Shown here: positions 1 through 13,443 of the stretch, one piece after another
How positions within the stretch are numbered: the first letter of the stretch is position 1
Layout of the letters: each line of letters opens with the position of its first letter
Source of the DNA: Lingula anatina
Taxonomy: Eukaryota > Animalia > Brachiopoda
Direction of reading: 5' to 3'
NCBI GenBank assembly: GCA_051362555.1
Contig: JBPQGU010000016.1
Location: 5,890,001 to 5,954,000 of the forward strand
DNA length: 64,000 nucleotides
Made by a program: the position numbers and the translations under genes
Notes under the pieces: model-generated
The model's database searches: none
Seen by the model: only the letters and a program-made list of their open reading frames with translations
Told to the model about the DNA's origin: nothing

Positions 1-682
1 ATTTTGTATTGACTCAAAACCCAAAATTGGACAGATTCTGAAAATAGTATAAATATGTATGTGTTTAGAGAGCGAGACGCTAAGATGAACTCAGTGGAAA
101 AAGTCAACAATGATTGAGCTCCACCCCTCTCTATCTCTTGACGCACTACTGCCGCTATGTTTGCAAATATTGACTAAATGATAAAGTTTCGGTTGGGGGG
201 AGAATTTAACCCTTTGTTTCTACAAACATGAAAAACTGTTAAATATGGAAAAGGTAACAGCAGAATATGATTAAACTTTTACTGAAAGTATTTGTAATTT
301 TTATTAGAGAGGGATTATCTGAAAAATAAGATGCCAGTTTTGATAAAACCCGGTTATGCAAACAAGCAACCAGCAACTAAGCTGAAAACATTTCTTTAAT
401 TTGTGGTTGGAATTAATGATGTTTTGACAACCCAAAAAAGTAGATAAATTTTTTGCATCGATCTTATTTTACATCTTTGCTAAAAGGATAATAGTGGGAT
501 AAACAACTCTAAAATTCATGACATTTGTAATGTTATCCCTTTTGTGAATTTTTTCATTAAAAATGTCACATTTTATGAATGAATAACACTATAGAAAACA
601 AAAGTCAAATTTCATTATTTCCAAAAGAAGTTATTTCTAACATTTTCTTCATGATTTTCTCACAAAATCTGCCATATTTCAG

Positions 683-809
683 AGGCCGCCGTCTCAAGGA
701 CTTACGTTTCCCCAAGCAGACGATGCTCAGTCCACAAACTCTGCAGACACGCCGGGACCCCCAGGCTCCAATCTCAACTCACAAAACCTGGACAACAGTA
801 GCGAAGCAG
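683..809 (+). CDS. Meis: Meis/homothorax internal exon (linker between MEIS domain and homeodomain); upstream exons lie outside the window
   Basis: tttcag acceptor and G|gtaag donor; translates RPPSQGLTFPQADDAQSTNSADTPGPPGSNLNSQNLDNSSEA(G), resembling Meis DD..S....TPGP...DNSSE; ends in phase 1, matching the next exon. Confidence 0.85.
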
Positions 810-1441
810 GTAAGAAACCATACACACATACACACTCATAATTTTATGCAAAGACATGAACATCAAGTAGAAATGATTCCACCTTGCTCCTGAAATCTGC
901 AATATGTAGTCAACAAAGATGAGTATTTTTTGTTATGAACTGGTCAGTTTTGATTGAACCTTTGATTTGTTATTATAACAAGGGTCTGCTGTATTCCATG
1001 AATTTAGGTTTAAATACTTTATGGCAAAAATTAATGATAGGATTTGTAGCAATTATAAATAAATAAATAAATCAGGTTAATTAGGTATGAATTAAAAAGT
1101 AAACTATATTTAGCAAAAATTTTGATATTAAACTGAAGACTGCAAATAAGTGAATTTTACTCTTCCCAGTTGAATTTTTAATAAGTGTATGCTGTAGTAA
1201 AGCAGTCAACAGGTAATTTTTTTTTCATTTTTCACTTCTGTAAATTTAAGTTTGTCGTGAGAAACAGTTATTTGGTACTACCCAACCCCAAATCAAAGAT
1301 GATTATCATGCCATTGACACAAGCTGGGGGAATGTCGCGGTGATGAACTGAGAGAGAGAGAACCCATGACAGTGATAGGGCTTACAGACCGCATCACAGG
1401 GAACAGGGTAGTTTACACAGGGAACAGGTATTCCCCTGTCA

Positions 1442-1443
1442 CC

Positions 1444-1488
<45 letters not shown>
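1442..1488. repeat. poly-C followed by (AC)n microsatellite
   Basis: directly visible. Confidence 0.95.
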
Positions 1489-1490
<2 letters not shown>

Positions 1491-4400
1491 CTCTCTCTAA
1501 TGTGAAAGTGTATGACACACAGGTTCACAGACAGTGATTATAGATATATTGGCTTGATATGAAAACATATTTATTTATAAACCTAGAATCAAATCTTCAG
1601 GTGGTGAAAAATAATTTAAATGTAAATATGAAATGGAAGTGACTGTCATTAAAGTTTAGAAAAAAATTCAATTTGGGAGGTTATCTTATTAAATGGGTTG
1701 CAGGGTACTTAGCAATATGCTTAAGAATGCAAGGAAATTTTATCTCAAAATTAAAATCTCAAGTAGATATGAAAGAGGAAGAAGTGATAGTCTGTAAATG
1801 ATAAGTTTGAGTGTCCCCCACAAGTGAGAATACACGGGCAATGTGTCACAGTAAACTATGGACATCCCACACCAGTGAACAGCCCCTCTTCTGAAAATCT
1901 AATTCTCTTTTATCAAAGGTGACGTGAACAAGCACTTGCTTTTCAAAGACCCATCTGAAATGCATTTTTATTCATTGTAAAGCATATGTGACAATGTATT
2001 ACAAAGTACACATATTGACTTTGGATGAAGTAGCTATCTACTGCGGAATGGTACCCTGTCGCCATGATTAATGTGGAAAACCGGCCTGACTTAGATCAAA
2101 GAGAACAGGACCGAAGCATTCTTTCCAAGCCAGGAACCAAAACTTGAAATGGACTGCAGATAAGAAAGTGTGAAAAGAAAAACGATTTTGCAAAACTGAT
2201 TAGAAGTTTTATGCGCAGTTTACTTATGATAATGATAAAAAGGTCGGGTGAGAAAGAGGAAACAAGCATGGTGTGAAAGAAATGTTCCATACTACATTTT
2301 CTCAACAGCTTAGATTTGTCTGGATTGACAACTCTTCTGTGTTTATAAAACTGCCTCACCCTACCCTTGAAACACTTTTACATATTTCTAAAAAATAATT
2401 TTCTAACAAAATTACTTAATTTAATTTCTTTTAAAAAATTCATCCTGGGGAATTTTTAAAGAAAAAAATTTGTAAGATTTATGCAGAAATATTAATTGTA
2501 CACTCTGTTACTGGAAATAGGACAGATGAATTGAGTTGTAGATTTTTACAGTGACATATACAATATGTTGTTTCAATACTATAATATCTCGCAGCCTCTT
2601 CACACCTGGATTGCAGCACGTTGTCGATGATAAATAGGCAACAGTTTGTGCCACAATTACAGCCAAAGGCGCGAAAAATTGCTATCTCGATACCTTACTT
2701 CACATGTTTGTGGAATGTTCCTAGGATATAGAAATGAAGTATGGGGCAGATTTTCCATTGGACCAGATGTTAATTTGAGGGACACATTTGCTACAAAGGT
2801 AACCTGACAAATTGCTCCATTGAAATATAAAATACTGGACCTAATTAAACACCTGTTCCCCCTCTAAAACACCATCTATTATTGAAGATGATGGAGGGAG
2901 GTGGCCCTAACACATTGCACTTCCATGGTAACACCCAAAAACATGGGAGGTCTGCCAGAAAAGTTTTTTCCCCTCTCTCTTTTTCATGTAGAGCAGGTTT
3001 ATTCAAAACCATATTTATTCAGATATTTTGTTCAGCAGAATAGCGCTGTGTTTATGTTTTGATTCAAAGCTGTGTCATTTTAAGTTTTTATAGCAAAGTT
3101 AAAATCTTGATGGAAATGAAATGAAACTTGTGCTATGTTTGAATGTTTTTATCCAGAGATTTGTCAGACATATTGGTAGTTAACTGGCTGTGTGGCAGTT
3201 CACTTCATTCTGATATTTAGGTACTTATCATTTCTTGGGCTGACAGATTTTTTAGTTATTCTTTTTGAGGAAGTACACAAAACAAGAAACGGCACATTTA
3301 TCTCATCACAGTAATTTAACTGAAGCTGAAGAATTTTTCAGTAGGTTGATCAAATTTTTTTGAAAGGTCAGGTTCCAGTAAGAAAGAGGTACAACTTTTG
3401 TGGCAGCCATTATTTATCACCAACAGGTGGATACCATGCACATACAACTTGTCTGCTTTGTGCATTTTTATTTTTCCATGTATTGAAAAAATATAAATTG
3501 ATCGATCAAGACGTGTGTTTTGGCAATTTACAGTTGCGCTTAAGGTAATGTGATTGATTGGGATTCATGGACTAGCAGTTACCATAGTTTCAGTCAAGCT
3601 CGAACTTCTTATCGCTTTATTTTATGGAGTGCTTTGCTAATGCAAACTTTTGTTAATAATTTTTGATGGGGCAACTAGGAACGAACTCCTGTAGTTTTAG
3701 GTAAAAGGATACCCAGTTATCATTTTAAAATCTTGAGAAGTAATACCTGACAATTTGCATGACTTTGCTCAAAGTTGAGCCTATATACAAATCCTTTATA
3801 GTGCATTGCACTGACTAAAAATATAACAGCACTTTTTTCTCACGAAAGAAAAAAACACTACCTAATAAATATGAAAGTTAGGTTTAAAAAAACTAACATG
3901 GTGTAATTTCTTTATTTGTGTAGAAAGTAAAGTATTAAAAATAGTAAAAGTTCAGTTGAGATCACAATTTGGACAAATTTATTTCACCCAAACCAAATTT
4001 CTAAATTTCACATCTAACCTGTAAAGAATACTGTCTCCTAAAAAACCATCGGAGCAGATATCCGCTTGGCTTTGTGTGCAAGGAAATTCTTGGAACAGAG
4101 AAAATTCTCAATATTCTTGCTGCAGCAGATGCAAACAGAAGTGGAAATACCTGGGAAGAGGTTCAGATCGCAGACCGGGATAAGGAGGATGAAATTACAA
4201 GTTAATGAGATTGTTTGGGGTTTGCCAGTTGTTCTCTACTAAGCGTGGACAAAATAGGAAGCCGTACACAGTGTTACAAAGTGCAAACTGGCCAAGGACT
4301 TGGGAGGGGGGGGGGGATATTAACTGAACTAATGCTTGTCATAGAATTAGAATTTTAAATTTTGCTAGGAACAAAGGTTGGGGACAGTCAACTTTGTTTC

Positions 4401-7400
4401 ATGGACCTTTAGTTTTAAACGACGTAAATTATGTTTGTGTCTCTCGCCAGAGACATCCTTGACTTCTCTTTAAAAAGCAGACAAAAAAGTATATATTTTT
4501 GGTAACTACAATTTACAAATATCATTATTCTTGAAGATGATCGATATGGCTCTTCACTTTATACAGAAAAGCTTCTTTGATGGTCTCTGTTGAAACTGTA
4601 GGCTAAAACAAAACAATTCCGTTTACTAGAGTTTAATGATGCTTTAGATGATGATAAATTTCACTTTACCATCTCCAAGTTACAATAGGTGTGCAGTTAT
4701 ACCTTCAAATGATGATGATAAATTTCTCCTGGTAGACCTGTTGCAGTGAGTGCCCTCTAGTGTCAAAATTGTCTGCGTCTGCCTCTCTTGTCATGACCCC
4801 TCGTACTTACCATGTTCTGAGAGTAAATAGATAGGACATTGCTGCTCATTTCATGGGGCAATCCATGGAGATTACTAGTTGATGGAATTTGCAAGTCAAG
4901 TGCAAAAATATCTCTTAGAAAAATATCATATTTATATGCGCAATTGTGGCGACAGATCACATTGCTCATTACTAAGAGACTAAGGCCTTCTGCAGGGGAT
5001 AAAAAAAATTAATAACCTCTAAGACACAATTTCTGTCGCTTTCATTTCTAAAGTTCATACTCATACTCTTGACATTCAAGTGGCAATTTTTATGATGAAA
5101 TTGTGTATCTTTAAAAGTGATCTTTTTTATTTCCCCCTTTAAGTTAAACCTTTGGGGACTAACTGAAATGAGAGTGGGTTGAAGAAGGTTAGATAGCCAG
5201 ACTAGAAAACCATGTAGTCAGTCAACCAACTCAGGTAGCCCTCTGTCCTTCTGTTTCTCTTGAAGCAAAGATACTGTTGATAGACATCCAACCTCAGACC
5301 AGCGATGTTCATACAAAATTTGATGTTTATCCATCTCGCGCATCCTGTCATTAGCTTTATAACTTTGTGGTACTTTGCACAAGCACAATACAAAGGCATT
5401 TTTTCCCTCAGCATCTCAGTGTTGGTTGTTGAAGAGAAAAGCCTGCTGTTTACTTTATCATCAAAAACCATGCTTTGTGGCTCTATTCAACGCCTTTCTC
5501 CACTCCATTAACCTTTCATAATATTCTTCAAATTAGAAATCATTTAATGGGCAAAATGGAAAAGGGGCTCTCCCTATATGCTGCTGATTTTTTATGTGGC
5601 TTATAAAAGCTGCGGCAGAACGTCAGCAACAGTTAGTAGAGCAGAAAGATAGGAGTACTTCATGGCTGGGACGGGTAATATGAGACGGCAAATGTTCTTG
5701 CAGTTTTAGCATTTTTGAACAGAAAATGGGCATGAAGCAGACATCAGACATACCAAAAGTAATTAAGAATTTTGGCGGCTGAGGATTTTCCCCAGTAATA
5801 GGGACAGAATATTAAAAAATCTCTAATCCAACTTAGAGGGCACAGGATTTTGAAAAGACCAGTCGTCAGCACTCAAATTCCAAATGTGTCAGTGGGGAGA
5901 TATCTGCGTATTCCAAGGTTTATCATCAGCATGTTTCACATGCATTTCCTGTTAGAATACTTTTTGGTTATTACTTATCCTTGTTATCTTATCTTGTTAG
6001 CTTTCTTTTTATTATACTCTCTTTTTCTCTCTCTCTTTCTCTCATGCTATCCCTCCTCCCTCTGTGCCGATCTAAGATTTTTTAATAGCTGATCTTTGTT
6101 GCGGCATCCGTCCTGGATGTAGCTAGTGTAACCCCTGCTGTAGGTTATCTGTGTTACCAACCCTGCTATCTTGTAGTTTAGTGATGTACAGAGATTTCTA
6201 TCCTTGCTTATCATGGACCATGTCATTTCCAGCCACTGTGTCAATAAGACCAGGAAAATTAATGTCATTTTGAAATTCTGATTTCCTTTTACGATTTCCA
6301 TTTCTTTTTTTTCTTTCTTCTTTTATTTCTTTTCTTTTTTTATTTTGGCTGATGACTTTGATTTGAGTGCATTGCCCACTTTATATGTGATGCCTTCAGA
6401 TCCGTTGCCCTTGTGAATTGGAGAAATCGAAATTGGAATCTGGCTACCTTGGGACTGGCTGGTCAGGCTCTATACCAGTATAGACACTTGGTTCAGTGTA
6501 TTGATTTTGTACTGTCAAAGTCAACATTATCTCCTTTGCTGAAAAACAAATAACTGAGAGGGCCTTCAACGATAAAACCTCAGAATGATTAATTATCCAA
6601 CATCTTAACGAGTCATTAAAGGATTAATTAACAGATCTCTCCCTCATTCTGACTGTTTTTATAGTCGTATCAATACCAGAGATGCAATAGGAATTTTAAT
6701 TAAATTGAGAGGCCAACAAAAACTGATAGATACAAAGGTAATATTTTCACGTTGAAGGAAATTCAACATGCCCTCATGACCTTAGTCTGTCACTGTTGGC
6801 AACTCTAAGCCATTACCCCGATATTATCATCAGATGAATTTGGATGTAAATCACACACAAAAACCCAGTAATAAAATTTTTGAGATATGTCCATTGATAA
6901 ATTGTATGCGTTTCTATTATTATGTTTCCCTATTCACCGATATCTATTTTACTTTTTAAGTCGGGATTAACCCTTTCTAAACTGTGACTTCAAGGGGGGT
7001 AGAGAATTTTCTTTCTTTCTTTTCTTTCTTTTTTTGATTTTAATTAATCAGAAAGACGAAGAAGGGTAATAATCATAATATTGAGGCAAAGGCAGACTGG
7101 AAACAAATTGTAGTGAAAGGAAATTATTTCCCTCTTGAATGCATGCTTGAATTCATGAATTTGTACCACCAGTATTCTCTTGCTACTCATGTTGTACAAC
7201 TGTTGAGTGTGAAGCGAAATTAAGATTGGGAAGTGAGGTTTATAATTATGTGGAGGAAGAGGGCAGTCTCTGGGTCCGCCCTCTGATCTGTGATAATAAC
7301 AGCAGGTGTGAAGATGTGGTACGCATCATCTTTGTTATCATTGGAGGAAATTACTTTTATATAGAGCAATAGATGTTTATACATAAAAGTATCATATCAT

Positions 7401-8915
7401 ATGTAAACTGTTTGATTATGGTGTATTTGGTTTGTAAGAATGATTTTTTTTTATGAAAGACCTTTTAAGAAAATCTTTGTTATCCTTTTTTAAAAGAAGT
7501 ATATGGATTAATTGGTTGCTGAGGAATGATGAAATATTTTTGTAAAAAAAGAAGGGAGGGAAGTACTTTTTACTCAGCGTACTGAGATTAATCATCTGCT
7601 GTGCACAAATTGGTCATCTCGTTTGTAGAGAGTTATTTGCGTTTTTGCCAGGTGTTCCAATTTAGACTTAAGATACTCCAAAGGAAATCCTTTCCCAAAA
7701 TGTTGGACCCATTAAGTTTTGTTGTTTCCTGTTTGTAAAAGGTTTCTCCCATCTGCAAGATGGGGTTGCACAGTTGTCAATAATGTGTTCACTGTGTTAG
7801 CTTCACATAAATTTCATTTTATTATTTTGAGAACATTAACTTCACAAGTCGAGTTGGGATTGAAGTATAAGAACTTTTTTAATGAGCTCCCCACTAGCAA
7901 CACCACTGTAATATATGTTGGTGCGGAGAGAATAGTTTCTATGAGATGAGAATGGAGGCTATAAAATTAGTGATACATTATTTATTCCCAACACCTTGAA
8001 CTATAACAGAAAAGGTTCATTATGAAATATTGCTGTATATTTTAATGAGGACTTCACTGGTGGAGTAGTCTGCTGGCGGTGCTATGGAGTTGCACATGTT
8101 TGTAGGCAAGACTAGACGTGAGAGAGGTGATAGAATATATGTTTGCTGTAGCATATGAATGAGCTGGGTTCAGTGAGAAAATGTATCTTGTATCTGACAG
8201 ATTTGCCGACTGACTTTGACAGTTTCAATCTTCGCTGATTAGGCCTAACAAAATGTTCCACTCTGTGGCCAGGGTTAGGGGAAACGATGAGTCGAAATGG
8301 AGCAATAATTTTCTTCTGATGAAGAATGATAGGCCGGTTTAGCCATAGTGCCATAGCTTAGTTTACACTCCGAGCTGTCATTTTGCATACTTGTTGGGTG
8401 TTAGAGGTGAAATGCAAATTTATTTATCAGGCAACTGGTGATTCTGCATATTTATTTACTACAACTGACTTTGAGGATACTATTGTTTTGATTGATAAAG
8501 ATAGTAAAATAGAACTTTTTTTTTTGTTACAGTTTATTATTTTATGCCTTTGGTATGCTTGTGTTGATCTGTTATATATATCATCTTGAATCATTTTGCA
8601 CATTATTATAAAAAATCCATATTGATGATTTCTTTCTGTTTATTATTACTTATTTTATTATAATTTTTTCACGTTTCAAAAATATGAAATTTTTCTTTTG
8701 TTTTTTTATTGTAAAAAAAAAAAATAGCAGTTAGTACTTGGCTCAAAGACTTTTGCTAAACAGGTTGGGGATTTTTCCTCCTCGCTAACCAACTTGCAAA
8801 CGCACATATACACACAGACATTGACCAAAAATAGTCCACCACCGCAAAGTTCCTGTTCTTGACATTAAGTGGGGATAACGGGTCAAAAAGTAGGCAATTT
8901 GGACTTGTTTTTCAG

Positions 8916-8971
8916 CGTTTTCCAAATGTTCCGCGAGTCTCTCCTCTATTGCCTCCCTGGGTATGGGGTAA
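8916..8971 (+). CDS. Candidate alternative Meis exon (homeodomain-less terminus, or 15-codon cassette)
   Basis: ttgtttttcag acceptor; phase-1 reading AFSKCSASLSSIASLGMG*; donor-like GTATGG at 8961 and GTAAGT at 8968. Confidence 0.4.
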
Positions 8972-11900
8972 GTGGGGCACTTTGAAGCCACCGGAGGGTC
9001 AGATCTTAATGGCCATACGCCGCCCGTTATGCCGTTTTGTAAGCCATGATACCAAATGTTGAGCCAGCAGGAAAAACAGTTGAGTAGTGCTGGCGGAATA
9101 ATTCATTTGCATTGACAGCATACAATTGCATGGCAAAAAACATGGAAATAGCATGAAAGACATGGCCCCATCATCTTTTGAATAATTACTTAATAATGGC
9201 ATTATGCTACAGATGTTCCTTCACGAACATTTGAAATATTCATAAAATACATGATAGGCTGACAGCTATCAATGTCTTTAGTAGATTTGCTTGTTTTGAA
9301 TTTAAATAAGTTATCATTCTTTAAAATATGTATAACTGAAGAAAAATATTTGGTATTCAAACTTGAAAGTATGATATTTGATATGAATAATGTTATCTAA
9401 GAAAGACCAGTTGTCATGTTGACAACTCTCTGACTGCTCTTACCTCCACTTATATTCCACTTTATGATTATAAAAGTTAAAAATATACTGAAATATAAGA
9501 TTATCAAGACAAAACTTTTTTTGAAAGTCAGGAAATTATGTATCCGATGGTGACTTGGAATTATTATTCTTTATTAGTATAATGTTTGTTTGTCAAGGAA
9601 AGAGAAAAAAGTTGGAGAGGTTGCTTTTGCTTTGAACAATTTTTATAATCAGTGTAAGATTTTTTCTTTAAAATAGAAAAATATGAAAGAAATAATGAAG
9701 ATAATTAAATAAAGAAATTATATATATGATATATGAAATATGAAACTTTTACTTGAAGAGAAAGAAAATGATGAAGTGTTTAATCCAAATATTCCCCTGT
9801 TCTTTCTTATGAAATGCAGCAGCATGTAGCAATGTACTGAAGCCAGTGCAGATTTCTGTCCGAATGTCATCTCACTAAGGACGGATGCCATGACAACCCC
9901 TATCCTGTCGGGTGACATTCTGAAATTAGCATTGGATATTTCATTACTTTTAAATATTTTATTTTATGTCTCCCAGCACTGAATGAACTAGAGGATTAAC
10001 ATTCATGCCTATTGTTCTCTTATTTGTATATGCTGTCCCTATTTATTATACCTTTTTATTTTTGAATTTTTGATATGAGTTAGATAGATGAATGAAATGC
10101 TGTGAAAAAAGTAAGATTAGCATAAATTATTTCATACTGACCACCATCAGCCTGTGGAATACACAGCAATATTTGCACCTGTTCATAGCAAAAAAATTAA
10201 TTCTTTTCTTATGAAAAGAATTATATTATTGCATCAAAGAAATCCTATCCAATTCCCCAGTTTATCATGTCTTGACCTAATAAGTGTAACCATAGACATA
10301 GAGCCATCTTAAGTTTCTTGTCCAAAACAAAATGCCTTAAATTCCACTGAAGCTGTTATTCTAAGGCAGTTTGCAGTCTTTATCTTCCTTATCTGTACCT
10401 GATAGTTAACTATCTCAACAACACTCAGCACACAAAAATTAGGTATTGGGATATTTTTTTCCATGGTTTGAAGTGTGACAGAATTATTTGGTTCCCAGTC
10501 TTTTTCTGTGTGACCCCGTGTTGGCAGAGAAGGTAGATTAGTATGCCTTCCACGGGTCAAAGCAACATTGTAACAACTGAGCAGAAAAAAAAAGCCGAGC
10601 TGAAAAAATGAGAATGAAAAATGATCAGGAAACATTAGTGACTTCAACAAGTTTTGAGTTTCATTAATTTAGTTGAACTCCTTTAACTCTGAATAAAGTT
10701 GCTATAAATTTTGTTGTTGTTGTCCTTGTCAGCTTGAATATAGCAGAGGGTGGATTGTTTGGCGGTATTATGCAAATGCCATATGTTTGTATGTTTATAT
10801 TGCAAATCGATGAGTTGGTTGTACGCCACCTCACAAATCATGTGACATCAGTTGTCACCGGGACTATGGCATCCAGTGACAGGTTGACTGCCCTGTTTGT
10901 AACACCCTAAAATTTCTATGTCAGAACTTTGACTGGAGACACATTTATCTTGTTGTATTACACAGTATTAATTTGACATTTTCTTGACATTTTTTGGACG
11001 AATAATAACGTGAGTAAAGGAAGGATAAGGCAGTTGGGGCAGGATAGAGGTACAGAAATGGGTACTTCACTTGCAGCAGGAAAACCTCGGAACTCTCATC
11101 ACCCTTTTAATTATCAAAATAAAAAATAATATTGAGAATAAACTAATGAGTTAAAAAATCCTGCAGCAGTCATTATAGTCAGATATATATAAGTTATTAC
11201 CTTAAAAGATGTATGCAGGTCAACAAGAAGTAGTAGGAATAATTTCAATTTTTTACTCTGTTTTATGTTAAAAAGATGAAGATTATTTTTATACAATATG
11301 TGTAATATGGTTATGATAATCATTTAAGGAATTACATTTTTAAGGAGAATTTCAAAGATTTTAAATGATTCCTCTTAAACCATCATTAAATGTGTATATT
11401 TAGTTGTATTTTTTACTCTAAAAGAATTATCTTAAAATATTTCCATTTGATTATAACAAACTAAGACATGTTCATATTATTGCAATGTGTTTGAAAATAT
11501 AAACTGGGAGGTTAAAAAATCATTCTTGAAAATAATAAGTTTTTTTTTCTTGGTATTTATTCACAAGATGCTATAGAAATCACAGCAAATAGAGAAATCA
11601 CTTAGCTTCTTCACTTGACCAGCGAATTTGATTTGAGCGGTTAATGATTGTTGGGAATGAAGATAACCATCGCTATCTTCAGCAGGCTGTCAAATTTGTC
11701 ACTAGTAAGGTGTCTTGTCATCTGATGCTATCGTGACTTTACATGGCTGATTGGACACATAGTATTTGTGGACATTAATATAATTCTATTTGCTCACACT
11801 GCTAGTTTGATAAGTCATGAAAAGCTTGTGTATTAGACAGGTTATGGTGTTGGCTTGGAGTTAAGGTACTTCTTGGAGTAGCAGCAGCAGAGGAACATTA

Positions 11901-12651
11901 TTTTTGTTTGCTTGGCATTCATGGCAGCATTGTTAAATCTAATAGCATTGTCAAGTCAGATCAAAGACAGATCCGATCAGAGTACATTTGCATGGTGACA
12001 TGATAGGACTGAGGATGGGAAAAGAAGTTGAGCATTTTGTTGTTTTCTGCTTCATAACTGGGGATTCCCCTCACATTCTGTTTTTGTGATCAGGCTTCTT
12101 GTCGATTAGGGAGAAAAAAAGAACAGAAAAAAAAAGAAACTGAACAATCTTCTTTGATATGCGTCATAAGAAGTTTGGTTTACATTTGTAGTACATCTTT
12201 TGAAAATTAAGAAAACATCACATAAAAGACAGCCTTGGTTTGCCTTTACAGTACATCTTTGGGGGGATTTGAGCAAGGACCCAGAGTTTTACTGTGTTTT
12301 CATGTGTCCTATCAGCCCAAGTCTTGTGCCTACAGATTTTATCAGATCATAATTTCTGGCTTCAGTGACATTTTTATTACTGCTCTTGTTTAAACTATTT
12401 TTGATAAAAGCACCAATCAGGTTTGACAAATTAGGGCATTAGATTATGACATTGGAGTCAAAAGGACATAAAAAAGGACTTAAAACTGAAGCTCAAGTGG
12501 GTTTGTGTAAAGAATTGGGAATTGGGTCTTGATATTGAAATGGGACATGGTATGGGGCAATATATCTTTTATGATAAAGCTTGCCTGGTTTTCTAGTGTT
12601 GTGTATATCTGTTTTATGCTTTATGTGGTGGACATGGAACATTAATAAATG

Positions 12652-12679
12652 AGGTCAAAGGTCGGGAGGTCAAGGGCCA
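12652..12679 (+). promoter_or_regulatory. Nuclear-receptor composite element DR1-DR2-DR1
   Basis: AGGTCA a AGGTCG gg AGGTCA a GGGCCA. Confidence 0.5.
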
Positions 12680-13294
12680 GACAATCTTGTTGTAGTGGGT
12701 ACAGTTATCTCTGCTTGGCACGAAAAAAAACTGAAATTCTTGCATCTAAAGTAAGCAGAGCGTAAATTTCTCCCCATCATGCAAGGGACATGAAAAGAAA
12801 TGAAAATATGGCAGTCCTTTGATGTGAGGGAAGAGAATGTTGTTACGTCATGAAACAAGTTTTAAAGCTTATAGCATAACATGATATTAGTGATATTAGT
12901 ACGCATGTTTCTTATTAGTGTTTGGTTTTTCTGTTACGTTTTAGAGCAGTTATATTTAGGCTAATTTTTTTACTCTGGTTCATTATTGCCAATCATTAGT
13001 GTTTAAAAGCAGAAATTTTTATTGGGATTAAGAAAAATAATTTTACAAGTTGTGTCACACAGGGCAATTTAGTGACTTTTTTTCATTATTTTTGTCCTTG
13101 TCATTGTCTGATAAACTGTAACTAATATTCCTTCTTGCCATGGAAAAATTCCAATAGTTGATCCAAATGTGTTTTTGATTTACAAAACTATTGTTTTCTT
13201 TGATATGCTAAATTTCCTTTGATGTACAATTTTAGATACCCTCCTATTCACAGTGAGAGATTGTTAGAAATGTGTGCATTTTTTTCCTCCCCAG

Positions 13295-13443
13295 GTGACT
13301 GCCTAGACAACAGTGTGGGCTCTGGTGAAGGAACAGCGGATGAAGATGGAGATGATCGACAGACAAAAAGACAGAAGAAAAGAGGCATTTTCCCAAAAGT
13401 AGCTACCAACATCATGAGAGCATGGCTATTTCAGCATTTAACA
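13295..13443 (+). CDS. Meis: Meis/homothorax exon: start of TALE homeodomain
   Basis: ccccag acceptor, gtgag donor; [50 protein letters not shown] contains the canonical Meis homeodomain N-terminus. Confidence 0.97.

Noticed and set aside
579-893. 104-aa ORF as a gene
   Set aside because: It overlaps the Meis exon in a different frame and has no recognisable features.
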